A stretch of DNA of 64,000 bases from a virus, in the IMG/VR virus record IMGVR_UViG_3300037348_000049, positions 32,001-96,000 of that record. The stretch is one strand, 5' to 3'. The translations under genes and the position numbers were made by a program. Positions 9,097 to 18,640 of this stretch are shown here, piece after piece (the first letter of the stretch is position 1; every line of letters starts with the position of its first letter). The notes beneath the pieces are model-generated. The model ran no database searches and had not been told where the DNA came from. It worked only from the letters and a program-made list of their open reading frames with translations.

Positions 9097-10503
9097 CTAA
9101 GCCCAGAACTTCCAAGAGCTCCCAGTCCAGACATATGTCTCTGTAGATGCCCAAGTCGAGCCATTCCAGACACTCACATCCGGTAGTGCCCAGTCGGCAC
9201 CGTTCCAAACCCCTCCAATAATATTTGGAAGTTGGATTCGATTAGAGGTTGTATTGATGCTAAAGTCAGCGTTGCTTGCAGTACCTGCCCAGCTGTAGAT
9301 CCCTCCGGGGGTTAAGCCTGTTATTATTTCGTTTCCACTCTGACTGGATGAATTTAAGCCAGTACCCGAGACCGAGACTGATGTTGCAAAACTGCTATTC
9401 CAGACAACACGAGCACTAGTTGAGTCAATAGCTGTTGCGGAAATATTTAATGTTGGGGTATTACTAAGAGTCTTTACTGAGGTCTCTACTGTCTCACCGC
9501 CCTGAGCGTTCGATACTTGTATTGAGTATGAATAAGTGGTGTTGGCAGACAATCCGCTAATGCTAGTTGATCCACTGCTGGAGTTGCTAATAACTGAGTT
9601 ATTATCCAATCGCCTAACAGTCACGCTGGTTGGTGCGGCGTTGCCTTCAGAAGAGCTCCAACTGATATCTACTTGACTCTGGGAGTTGCTAGACGCTCCA
9701 ATTTGACCAGTTGCCGGCTGTGCATCACTCGGGGTCTGTACCGTGCTACTGGTTGCGTTTGTCCCTGTGTGATATGAGGTACTAGTAACACCACCACCAT
9801 GTGCTGCAGAAACATTGCTATGCGCAGCAACTTTAAACGCGTAAGATGTGTTTGGACTTAACCCCGATATGGTGGCTTGGGTAGTGCCACTACCTACATT
9901 AGTGGCATAAGACCAGCTTCCGTTATTTGCTTGAGAAAGCACGCGGTATCCGCTGATTGGGATTCCTCCATTGTCACTTGGTGCTGACCAGGACAAGAAA
10001 ACACTACTGGAACTTTGTACACCTGCACTAAGATTGCGGGGGGCACTCGGAACAGTGTCTACCACGAATTCCCCGCTAAGAGTTCTACCAGATGCGTCTC
10101 CTCCTCGGCGGGCATAGATAATACCTCCAGAGCCAGCAAAAAACTCGGTACTAGTACTATCACCCTTAGAAAACCCGTAATATACAGTATTGCCTGCAAA
10201 TTTAGCTAGGTTAGGATAATCTCGTCGCTGACCGGTACCAGTTGTGGTAACTGAATCAGCGTAACCGTCTGTACCACCACTGCTGTTAGCAATGCGTAGA
10301 CGCACGACTCCACCAGCTGATGAATTTGTAAAATTTATGGCAAATTGAGTGACCCTAATTGGCATCGAGCTCTCTTGACCAATTGCACCACTAGTATTAG
10401 TATCACCGGTTCCAAAGGTATATGGACTTGTTAAATACTCAGCGCTAAATCCATTGTTTCTAACAAAAGAGTTAGAGCCTAATGGAAATGTTTTCCTAGG
10501 CAT
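9097..10503 (-). CDS. Fibronectin type III-repeat virion/tail protein
   Basis: PSAPRNLSA...LSWSAPSDNGGIPISGY...GLSPNTSYAFKVAA; further GLSANTTYSY and GLTPGGIYSW; C-terminal VWNG..W repeats. Confidence 0.85.
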   Translation of the reverse strand: MPRKTFPLGSNSFVRNNGFSAEYLTSPYTFGTGDTNTSGAIGQESSMPIRVTQFAINFTNSSAGGVVRLRIANSSGGTDGYADSVTTTGTGQRRDYPNLAKFAGNTVYYGFSKGDSTSTEFFAGSGGIIYARRGGDASGRTLSGEFVVDTVPSAPRNLSAGVQSSSSVFLSWSAPSDNGGIPISGYRVLSQANNGSWSYATNVGSGTTQATISGLSPNTSYAFKVAAHSNVSAAHGGGVTSTSYHTGTNATSSTVQTPSDAQPATGQIGASSNSQSQVDISWSSSEGNAAPTSVTVRRLDNNSVISNSSSGSTSISGLSANTTYSYSIQVSNAQGGETVETSVKTLSNTPTLNISATAIDSTSARVVWNSSFATSVSVSGTGLNSSSQSGNEIITGLTPGGIYSWAGTASNADFSINTTSNRIQLPNIIGGVWNGADWALPDVSVWNGSTWASTETYVWTGSSWKFWA

Positions 10504-12320
10504 TAGTAACTAATCCAGACATCCCCCAGTTGGGCACTAGAGGGCCCAACGGTTCCTGATTTAACGTAAACTTTTCTATAAGCTGCTCCATCTACGTAGT
10601 ATACATAACCACTGGTTATAGACACCTCTCCAGCACCACTAATCGATAAAGGCGTCTGTGCGGTAGAAACTATTCCAGTAGGCCCTGTGGATCCAGTTGG
10701 TCCTTGAACGCCCTGAGCACCTGTTGGTCCTAACTCTCCTTGAACACCCTGTGGCCCCTGCGGACCTGTTGCGCCTACGCTACCTGTTGGTCCTGTAACA
10801 CCCTGCTCACCCTGATCACCTTTAGGTCCAACAATAGGTCCAATATTTTGGAATATTGACCCGTTCCATACAAAGGCATTCTTAGTGTCTAGGGTTATGT
10901 ACGCATCGTTTAGCGTATTTCCACTTGAGGGCAAGTCTGACTGAGTTGCAACAGTTCCGCGGAAATTTATTGACAACCCCTGCGGACCAGTTGGGCCGAC
11001 AATTCCCTGAAGACCTCTAACACCCTGCGGTCCAGTTGGCCCAGTTGCGCCTTTTTCAATAATTAAGGACCAGTTTGCGCCAGCTGCGCCAGGGAAATAT
11101 TGAACACCACTCACGTTTAGTGAGCTCGTTGCGTAGTATGCTCCTCCATTGAAGCTTACCGCGTCTCCTTTTACGTATGCCGATAGTTCTTGCCAAGCAG
11201 TACGCCAGGTTAATCCAACTGGACCTATTGCACCAGTTGCACCGGTTAGTCCAGTTGCACCTGTTGGTCCAGTTGGCCCAACTACTCCGGCTAATGCAAG
11301 GATCTGCCAATTGGATGTAGATGAACCAGGAAAATTTCCAACTCCACTAACGTTTTCAAAAGTTGGCGTATACCAGGTCGTACCAAGATAGGTAACTACG
11401 TTACTCTCTACGTAGTTAGAACTGGACAGCCAAGCTCCTCTGTAGGTAAATCCAACAGGACCCGACGGCCCCGTTGGGCCCAACTCCCCCTGAGTTCCCT
11501 GGATACCACGAAGCCCCTGTGCACCCGTTGGCCCAGTCGGACCTATAGGGCCAGTCGGCCCACCAGATGGTCCTGTTGGTCCCGTTGGGCCATCCTGACC
11601 CGAAGAACCATTATCCCCCTTGACTCCAGCCGGTCCAGTAGCACCAACAATTGGACCGGAATTTATCCAGGTAACATTCTCGGGGTCCCAAATATACAGA
11701 TCTCCCTGTACAATATACCCATCACCAGTGAGTCCAGCAACCTGATCCTCTAATAACTCTTCTTCTGTGTTATATTGACCCTTAATAAATACACCAGCAC
11801 CAGTGTCGCCTTTTTCGCCAGTTGCACCCTGACTGCCGACAGCACCCGTTGGCCCAGTGGGCCCTGCATCAGCAATTGTGACAATTTCTCTCCACTGATT
11901 TAAAATTCTAAAATATACAGAGTTGTTATTGCTATCCACCCAAATGTCTCCAACCTGCGGAGAATCTGGTTCTTGGGGGCCATATGTGACATTGGCGCGG
12001 CCATCTGTCTCATAGGCTGAGTTCATTGAAAAACTGACGCCAGTCCTACTGGCAGCAACTCTAACTTTGTCACCTACGTTTACAGCAAATCTAAAAGTTT
12101 CATAGCTCTGGCCGGCCCCTACTGAGATATTAGAAGCTAGATATATTCTTGAAGACTCTGCGCCACCACTTTCGGCTGGGTCAATGTAGATTGTTGATGT
12201 GACCTCTAGAGCATTTTTGTTGGTAACAACAACTGCGGCAACGGCAAAATAATCTGATGTCGCCAATAGGGTTGTTGTCTCTGCGTCGGGGGTTGTATAC
12301 CCAACTCTTCTAATTGGCAT
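10503..12320 (-). CDS. Collagen-like tail fibre protein
   Basis: G-P-T/G-X-Y tracts separated by globular spacers; two CBM5/12-like W...Y..GD.V.Y.G..W segments. Confidence 0.9.
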   Translation of the reverse strand: MPIRRVGYTTPDAETTTLLATSDYFAVAAVVVTNKNALEVTSTIYIDPAESGGAESSRIYLASNISVGAGQSYETFRFAVNVGDKVRVAASRTGVSFSMNSAYETDGRANVTYGPQEPDSPQVGDIWVDSNNNSVYFRILNQWREIVTIADAGPTGPTGAVGSQGATGEKGDTGAGVFIKGQYNTEEELLEDQVAGLTGDGYIVQGDLYIWDPENVTWINSGPIVGATGPAGVKGDNGSSGQDGPTGPTGPSGGPTGPIGPTGPTGAQGLRGIQGTQGELGPTGPSGPVGFTYRGAWLSSSNYVESNVVTYLGTTWYTPTFENVSGVGNFPGSSTSNWQILALAGVVGPTGPTGATGLTGATGAIGPVGLTWRTAWQELSAYVKGDAVSFNGGAYYATSSLNVSGVQYFPGAAGANWSLIIEKGATGPTGPQGVRGLQGIVGPTGPQGLSINFRGTVATQSDLPSSGNTLNDAYITLDTKNAFVWNGSIFQNIGPIVGPKGDQGEQGVTGPTGSVGATGPQGPQGVQGELGPTGAQGVQGPTGSTGPTGIVSTAQTPLSISGAGEVSITSGYVYYVDGAAYRKVYVKSGTVGPSSAQLGDVWISY

Positions 12321-12343
12321 CTGTTATCCTGTCTTTCCTGTAA

Positions 12344-15300
12344 TTATAACTCTGCGTTAGCAATGTAAGTAGAGGCAAAGAAAGCCCCTGATGTGGTGCT
12401 ATTTGCGTTTCTGGTCTCTACAAATCCATCGATAGCCTGTTGAGAAGGGTTACCTGAAGTATTTACAAACCCAACAGCAGCAACACTGGTTAAAGCTATT
12501 GTTGGAACAGTCCTCATTGCGAGCGGTAGGCTGTACTTAGCATAATATGCGGTTCCAGAAGTAACATTTCCACTAAAGATTGATCCATACACCCCTGCAC
12601 TACTGGCATAGTAGTATCGATAGCAGTTCTGGAACTCCACCAAGCTAGTGTAACCACTCCTTCTGAATGGAGCTGCGGCATCTGCCGCCTCGATCTGTAT
12701 GCCAGTAACTTCTATGTAGTCAGCTGGTCCAGCTGTTCCTACTGGTGTGTAAGAGATTCTTATGCCAAGTTGACCTGTAAAAATACTGAGATTTGGTACA
12801 GTTATTGAGTATCTCTGATTAACTCCTGGTGTCAGAATAAATGTACTTTGTGCTTCTGCGCTCTGTGTCTGAAAGCCGTCCCAGAGATTTCCGTCCGTAC
12901 CATCTCCTGTTATTATTTGCGCCAATATTTGACTGTTCGCAGAAGAAAAATTATTTCCAGCACTGGCGTAGAACGAGAAGGTTACTGGACCTCCGGTCAG
13001 GGATGAAACATCACTTGCAACTAAAGAAGTTGCGAGGTTTAAGTTTGACTCACTAGTATTTGAGGGAGTTCTTCCCATTCTTAGTGCATATTGCAGTCCT
13101 GGTACAGCGCTTAGCTCCTGAGACCACGTACCTCCAGAGGCTCCGCCAGTTCTATATACTTGAAACCTGTCTGGACCATAATATGGGCTAGAGTTCATGT
13201 TTCCCGTGAGCCCACGCTGCCAGACATCAAAACCACCATTTACTGCAAGATTTATGGCTTGAGTTTCGCCTGTCGAGCCGGTTGGACCCAGTAGATTTCC
13301 AGTAGATCTCCAGTCACTTAGTCCTAGATCCCACACATACAGTACTCCAAGAACAAAGTAGGCATCTCCTGGACTGCCAGTAGGCTCAGCTATCCTAAGT
13401 TCATCTAGCGTTTCATATGTAGTACTGCTTATGTCTGTGTACCCTGTAGGTCCAGTTGGGCCACGAGCACCTGTTGGTCCAGAGGGACCCGCGACTCCAG
13501 CAGGGCCAGCCGGGCCTAATACGGAGACTGTAATTGCACCTGACAAAGTTGCATCATTTTGAGCAACATAATAAAGAGTGTCAGGAGCATTAAATGGAAT
13601 TTCCCAAATAATCTCTCCGCTGTCTGCTCCAGGGTTTGTAATTCCCGTGCTGTACTCAAAGCTTGCACCGTACGGCCCTGCAATTGTCATAAACCGCAGC
13701 GGGTAGCCTCCAACGGACTCCCCCAGTGAGAATACGTAACGATGGCCTCTAATAACTGATAGTTGAGGGTCGTCAGAGCCGTTTATTGTATAAGAATTAA
13801 AAGCTGCATTAACTGAGACGTTGAAAGTTATGCCACCGCTCGAACCTGTTGGGCCTGTCGACCCAGTACTACCCTGAGGCCCCAATCCACCGGTCTGACC
13901 AATAGCCCCCTGAGGTCCAACAATCTGACCTGCGTTTGTAAAGCTTGTGCCACCCCAGACGTAAAGATCGCCGTTGTCCTGATTTACATATGCGTCATTG
14001 ACAGAGTTAGATGTTATGACCAATGAACCGCCTGAGCCATATCCCGCTGCTGAACCATTAACACTTACAAAGTATAGAGTTGGAGCACCTTCTGGAACAA
14101 CGATGGTCAAAAGACCGTTGGTTCCAGAAGTGCCCGTATATGTTACGCCGCTTGAGTACGCAAAATCAACTACAAATCCGCCAGTAGAGTGGTGGCCATT
14201 AGGCGTAGCTGATAAGTACATCTGGTTGTTTAGATTAGATCCATTGAATTGATTGAAGACATATTTTCCCCCCTCGTGTAAAAATAGGGTCGGCACAGCC
14301 ACACCATCAAATAGGTACCTAACACCATCTGGCGTGCTATCGATTGTCACGACACGGGTTATGTCGTCGGCAGAGTCCGGAAGTGCTGCTTCGTTTTTAA
14401 CTGATGCAATAAGGTTTATGGCAGTACCTTGAGGCCCTGTTGGTCCAGTCGACCCTATCTCGCCGGTCGGTCCTACAATCCCTTGAGGGCCAGTTGGTCC
14501 GACAATCTGGCCGACAGAGTTCCACTCAGTACCGTCCCAAACATACAAGTTACCATCTGCAGTAACTACATAAGCATCATTTACACTGTTACCTGAAGCT
14601 GGAAGGTCTGCGGACGTCGCTACGGATCCCAGTAGAACTATCGAAGCACCCTGAGGCCCGATATCGCCCTCTGGTCCAGTCGGGCCGTCAACACCTACAT
14701 CACCCTGCGGTCCTGTTGGTCCTGGCGTGGTGGAAACTGCACCTGTCGGTCCTGTTGGTCCAACATTACCTTGCAATCCGGTCGAACCTGTTGGTCCTGT
14801 TGCGCCTACGCTACCTGTTGGTCCCGTTGGACCAGCAATCTTACCAACGTTAAACCACCCACCAATAGCATCGGCTACGTATAAGTTGTTATCGTCATTA
14901 ACTACTATAACTGCGTCACCCTGAGACGGGTCAACTATACTATCTAGATCTGAAATATCAGGAACACTACCCACTAAGGTTACTGACACACCTTGAGAGC
15001 CAGTCGGACCAGTCGATCCCTGCAATCCCGTCGAACCAGTTGCCCCAACTGGACCTAATGCACCGGTTGAGCCAGTTAGACCAGTCGATCCTACGTCACC
15101 CTGAGGTCCAACAATTTGACCTACGTTCGACCAAGTTCCGCCATCCCAGACGTAAAGATCACCGGTGTCTGTTGTTATGTATGCATCCGCTACAGTGTTA
15201 CTACTTAAAGGTAGATTTGCCGCCGCTGCCACGGAACCTTTTAGTACTATATTTGTACCTTGAGGCCCTGTTGCTCCAGTAGCACCCAGTGCACCATCAA

Positions 15301-15448
15301 TACCAGTAGAGCCTGTTGGCCCAGTTGGACCTACGGCTATGATTGTCTCTAATGAGTCCCATGTGGTACCTGACCAGACCCATTGCCTGCTATCGGGTGC
15401 AGTGAAAACCTGGTCCGCTATCGGAGAGTCTGGGAAGTTTAAAGGCAT
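12344..15448 (-). CDS. Collagen-like tail fibre with C-terminal carbohydrate-binding-module-like domain
   Basis: MPLNFPDSP start; GPT tracts; [14 protein letters not shown]...DRF, GIQIE and EFQNCYRYY typical of fibre tip domains. Confidence 0.9.
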   Translation of the reverse strand: MPLNFPDSPIADQVFTAPDSRQWVWSGTTWDSLETIIAVGPTGPTGSTGIDGALGATGATGPQGTNIVLKGSVAAAANLPLSSNTVADAYITTDTGDLYVWDGGTWSNVGQIVGPQGDVGSTGLTGSTGALGPVGATGSTGLQGSTGPTGSQGVSVTLVGSVPDISDLDSIVDPSQGDAVIVVNDDNNLYVADAIGGWFNVGKIAGPTGPTGSVGATGPTGSTGLQGNVGPTGPTGAVSTTPGPTGPQGDVGVDGPTGPEGDIGPQGASIVLLGSVATSADLPASGNSVNDAYVVTADGNLYVWDGTEWNSVGQIVGPTGPQGIVGPTGEIGSTGPTGPQGTAINLIASVKNEAALPDSADDITRVVTIDSTPDGVRYLFDGVAVPTLFLHEGGKYVFNQFNGSNLNNQMYLSATPNGHHSTGGFVVDFAYSSGVTYTGTSGTNGLLTIVVPEGAPTLYFVSVNGSAAGYGSGGSLVITSNSVNDAYVNQDNGDLYVWGGTSFTNAGQIVGPQGAIGQTGGLGPQGSTGSTGPTGSSGGITFNVSVNAAFNSYTINGSDDPQLSVIRGHRYVFSLGESVGGYPLRFMTIAGPYGASFEYSTGITNPGADSGEIIWEIPFNAPDTLYYVAQNDATLSGAITVSVLGPAGPAGVAGPSGPTGARGPTGPTGYTDISSTTYETLDELRIAEPTGSPGDAYFVLGVLYVWDLGLSDWRSTGNLLGPTGSTGETQAINLAVNGGFDVWQRGLTGNMNSSPYYGPDRFQVYRTGGASGGTWSQELSAVPGLQYALRMGRTPSNTSESNLNLATSLVASDVSSLTGGPVTFSFYASAGNNFSSANSQILAQIITGDGTDGNLWDGFQTQSAEAQSTFILTPGVNQRYSITVPNLSIFTGQLGIRISYTPVGTAGPADYIEVTGIQIEAADAAAPFRRSGYTSLVEFQNCYRYYYASSAGVYGSIFSGNVTSGTAYYAKYSLPLAMRTVPTIALTSVAAVGFVNTSGNPSQQAIDGFVETRNANSTTSGAFFASTYIANAEL

Positions 15449-15563
15449 ACCTTTTTCTCTTTCGTCCTTATGGACTAATTATGTCCAGATTTTATCATAG
15501 TGAGATGTCAAAAAATAAACTCAAAACAATTATACACCCCTAAGGCGTTGGCCAGTGCGGGTA

Positions 15564-17147
15564 CTACTCAATACCGATGGAAAAAGTTTTTTTAGCACCA
15601 AAAGGTATATATGCAAGACTATTTGTTCCTCCCCAGAGGCTATTTAGTACGGTGTAGTCATTATTTTCACCACTATCGTACATAGTAGCCTGCGCCTCTC
15701 TAACTAGCCAGTTCTCTACCTGAGCAGGAGACCACTTTGGATGCACCTGCAATAGCAGAGCTATAATTCCACCTATTTGCGGTGCAGAAAACGAGGTGCC
15801 TGATAGAGTCTCCTGCAAGTAAGCACTATTGCCTGAGTATGTCGAGGACGAGGAATAGACATTGTTGTCACTCATTGCGCCAGTAATATTAGTACCTGCG
15901 GCATATATATTGACCCCTGGACCGGCGTTACTGTACGCTGCTTTGAATTCAGTAGCGTTTGACGGCCCAACCGTGGTATTACCTAATGCTCCTACTTGAA
16001 ATCCAGGCAAATTATTTACGTTTGGGGAGCCACCTCTGTGGTAGTAGTAGTTTTGTAGACCTTCTAGGGTTATAAAGTTATTGTAGTCAGCCCCTCCTAG
16101 GCTGTCTGCTTTGACTGATTCGTTGCCAGAGGCGTTCACTACATGAATCCCTGCGGCAGTCAGTATCCCGATGTCAGTGTCTAGTGATGGCGAGGTGTAC
16201 GGAAACTGAAAAACGTTCTCCGCATACTGTTGACCCGTGTGACCTTTTGTTGGGTCTTTTGTGGCGCCTGGCCAGGGCGTACCTCTATACTCACCGCCAT
16301 TTACCGAATAATACGCTCCGTCCCCAGTAGGATTGAAAGTCAATGCGTCCTGTACAGTGTCCCAGAAGATTCCGAGACCCCAGGCGTTAATAACTACTGA
16401 TGGTCTGTCATTGGTTTTATTTGTATGCCATCCAACCAGAACGTCCATAGCTTGAGTCACTGACAGTCCTGGAAATGGGTCTGACGGCCCCCTGAGTGAG
16501 TTCAACTTTATGGCAAATATTTGAGCCTTTTTTGCCCACCCAAAAGTGTTACCAGCCACTATGCTTGCGACGTGGGTTCCGTGTCCATCATAATCTGCAT
16601 AAAATCCGTTTGGTTGAGTTCCGAACACACCAGACTGAGAGAACCAATTAATTTGTTGAACCCTAGTGTTGCCCGCTTCGTCTAGAAATTCTGGGTGATC
16701 TACTTGGATTCCGCTATCTAAGACCACAATATCTACGCCACTACCGTCTAATACGTAGTCATACGTCCTACCAGGGTCTGCCGAGAATGAACCAAAGACG
16801 TTTGTTTTATATATGTGACGTACAAGTCCCCAATTTTGCCTAGAACCGGTACTGGCGGAGGTCTTTGGAAAACTGCCTGCTTGAAAAGCTCTCTTTATTG
16901 GCTTTATCTCTTCGGGATCTAAAACCTCCGCGACTCGAGGATCTTTCCTCAGCTGGTTGGCTTCTTTTGGGGTTAGCATATAATGAGTGCTTGTAGGATT
17001 TGTAGTTCTAGCATCTGCAACAGCTACGGACCTCTTGGGTATTGCGCCCGCCTGATTAGGGCTTTCTTTAGTTAAATCCTCTAGAACTGACTCTGCCTCA
17101 CCTGTGTTTGGAGTGTATACAACATACTCTCGTCTTTTATTAGACAT
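15564..17147 (-). CDS. Subtilisin-like serine protease (S8) with prodomain
   Basis: Triad motifs DIVVLDSGI (Asp), HGTHVASIVAG (His), SGTSFSAPQIGG (Ser); oxyanion ASGNE. Confidence 0.92.
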   Translation of the reverse strand: MSNKRREYVVYTPNTGEAESVLEDLTKESPNQAGAIPKRSVAVADARTTNPTSTHYMLTPKEANQLRKDPRVAEVLDPEEIKPIKRAFQAGSFPKTSASTGSRQNWGLVRHIYKTNVFGSFSADPGRTYDYVLDGSGVDIVVLDSGIQVDHPEFLDEAGNTRVQQINWFSQSGVFGTQPNGFYADYDGHGTHVASIVAGNTFGWAKKAQIFAIKLNSLRGPSDPFPGLSVTQAMDVLVGWHTNKTNDRPSVVINAWGLGIFWDTVQDALTFNPTGDGAYYSVNGGEYRGTPWPGATKDPTKGHTGQQYAENVFQFPYTSPSLDTDIGILTAAGIHVVNASGNESVKADSLGGADYNNFITLEGLQNYYYHRGGSPNVNNLPGFQVGALGNTTVGPSNATEFKAAYSNAGPGVNIYAAGTNITGAMSDNNVYSSSSTYSGNSAYLQETLSGTSFSAPQIGGIIALLLQVHPKWSPAQVENWLVREAQATMYDSGENNDYTVLNSLWGGTNSLAYIPFGAKKTFSIGIE

Positions 17148-17155
17148 TAACTAAC

Positions 17156-18619
17156 CTACGATCCCTGTAGAGGTGTGATGCTGTTAACCATAGAGGCGTG
17201 GATTGAACAAATATACCTATATAAAGTGGCATCTGTATTTGAAATATCGTAGGGTAGCGTGAAATATAGCGTTCCTGTTGTCTTACCCTGAGCACCGGAA
17301 CCTGTCGACACGGTGCCGTTAGTTGCTACGTGAGTCAAGCCAACGGTAATATCGGAATACGAGCTACCTCCTGCGGGATCTGCTTGAATTTTAAAGGGAT
17401 GACCAGCAACAGAAAGCTTAAATGCAAGGGTGAGTCCTCTATAACTGTATATAGCTGGATTTAATCCGGTATATGGAAATGAGAAGACGTATTGAGTTCC
17501 AGCATTGGTTACAGACACAATTGAAGCAGCAGGATACGCGACCGTGTCTATAGTAACTGCAGCTAAAGTTGGCTCGGACAAAGTGTTAAATGATGCACCT
17601 GGACCAGTGTCACCTGTGGCGCCTGTTGGGCCAGTGCTTCCGCTAGAGCCTGCCGGGCCTGCCGAGCCTGCTGCCCCAGTCGGACCAGTTGGACCTGTTG
17701 CCCCGGATCCGGAACCGCTACCTATTGCAGCCCAAGCAGTACCGTTCCAGACATATACGGCGGCATTAGTAGTGTCATATACAATTGCACCAGTACTAGG
17801 AGTAAGTGTTAAACGCTGTGTCTGAGTGTTGTTCGATAGGATAAATGGTGCAGAATTTAAGGTTTCCGTAGTCGGATTTAAAGTTATTGAAGTGGGAGAT
17901 GATATAGAATATGTCCCCACTAACGTATCGGGTGGTTGGATGGCGGACGTCTCGATATTGCTGACAGCTAGAGTCTCGGAAGTCGCGTCATAAGTGATTC
18001 CTTCATTGGTTTTCCCACCAATTGATCCCGTGGCATCGTCATACAATCCAACAAAAGTCGTAGCTTGTGTGGTGTTAGCGACATCAACAGACCCGCCTCC
18101 ACCCCCGCCTACACCTGCACCCGCAAAAAGCTCCCATGAACCTAATAGATCTGATGGGTCCTCATTCAGGCTTGGAGAGACTGCAATATAGCTGTTACTG
18201 CTGCGCTCTACCGCATCATTTAGCACATATGATGTCAGATCGGACCACGTCCCGAGCCAATTGATTCCAAGAGGACCAGTCGGACCAGTTGGTCCAGCGA
18301 CTCCTATTGGTCCGGTAGGTCCTTCAATATTTCCCGCACTGACCCACTGAGCGCCGTCCCAAACGTATAACTCCTCAGTATCAACTAAGACGTATGCATC
18401 ATTTTCTGAATTATCAGCAGTAGGCAAGTCAGCCTCGGTTGGTACGGATCCTTTGAAAATAAACCCGATCCCTTGAGGCCCAGTTGGTCCAACTGGACCT
18501 GTCGGACCCTCGAGCTCAACTGCCACAACCTGCCAGGCAGTGCCGTTCCACTTCCAGGAGCGATCTGCTACTGAGAATATCTCGTCTGCTGCGGGGGAGT
18601 CTGGAAAATTAATGGGCAT
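17156..18619 (-). CDS. Collagen-like fibre protein with C-terminal cupredoxin-like domain
   Basis: MPINFPDSP start, GPT tracts; AGHPF...YRYICSIHASM. Confidence 0.85.
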   Translation of the reverse strand: MPINFPDSPAADEIFSVADRSWKWNGTAWQVVAVELEGPTGPVGPTGPQGIGFIFKGSVPTEADLPTADNSENDAYVLVDTEELYVWDGAQWVSAGNIEGPTGPIGVAGPTGPTGPLGINWLGTWSDLTSYVLNDAVERSSNSYIAVSPSLNEDPSDLLGSWELFAGAGVGGGGGGSVDVANTTQATTFVGLYDDATGSIGGKTNEGITYDATSETLAVSNIETSAIQPPDTLVGTYSISSPTSITLNPTTETLNSAPFILSNNTQTQRLTLTPSTGAIVYDTTNAAVYVWNGTAWAAIGSGSGSGATGPTGPTGAAGSAGPAGSSGSTGPTGATGDTGPGASFNTLSEPTLAAVTIDTVAYPAASIVSVTNAGTQYVFSFPYTGLNPAIYSYRGLTLAFKLSVAGHPFKIQADPAGGSSYSDITVGLTHVATNGTVSTGSGAQGKTTGTLYFTLPYDISNTDATLYRYICSIHASMVNSITPLQGS

Positions 18620-18631
18620 GATCTAATTATA
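18620..18631 (-). promoter_or_regulatory. -10 element for a leaderless transcript
   Basis: On the minus strand, TATAAT, then 6 nt, then the ATG at 18619. Confidence 0.6.
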
Positions 18632-18640
18632 CCTAACTTG

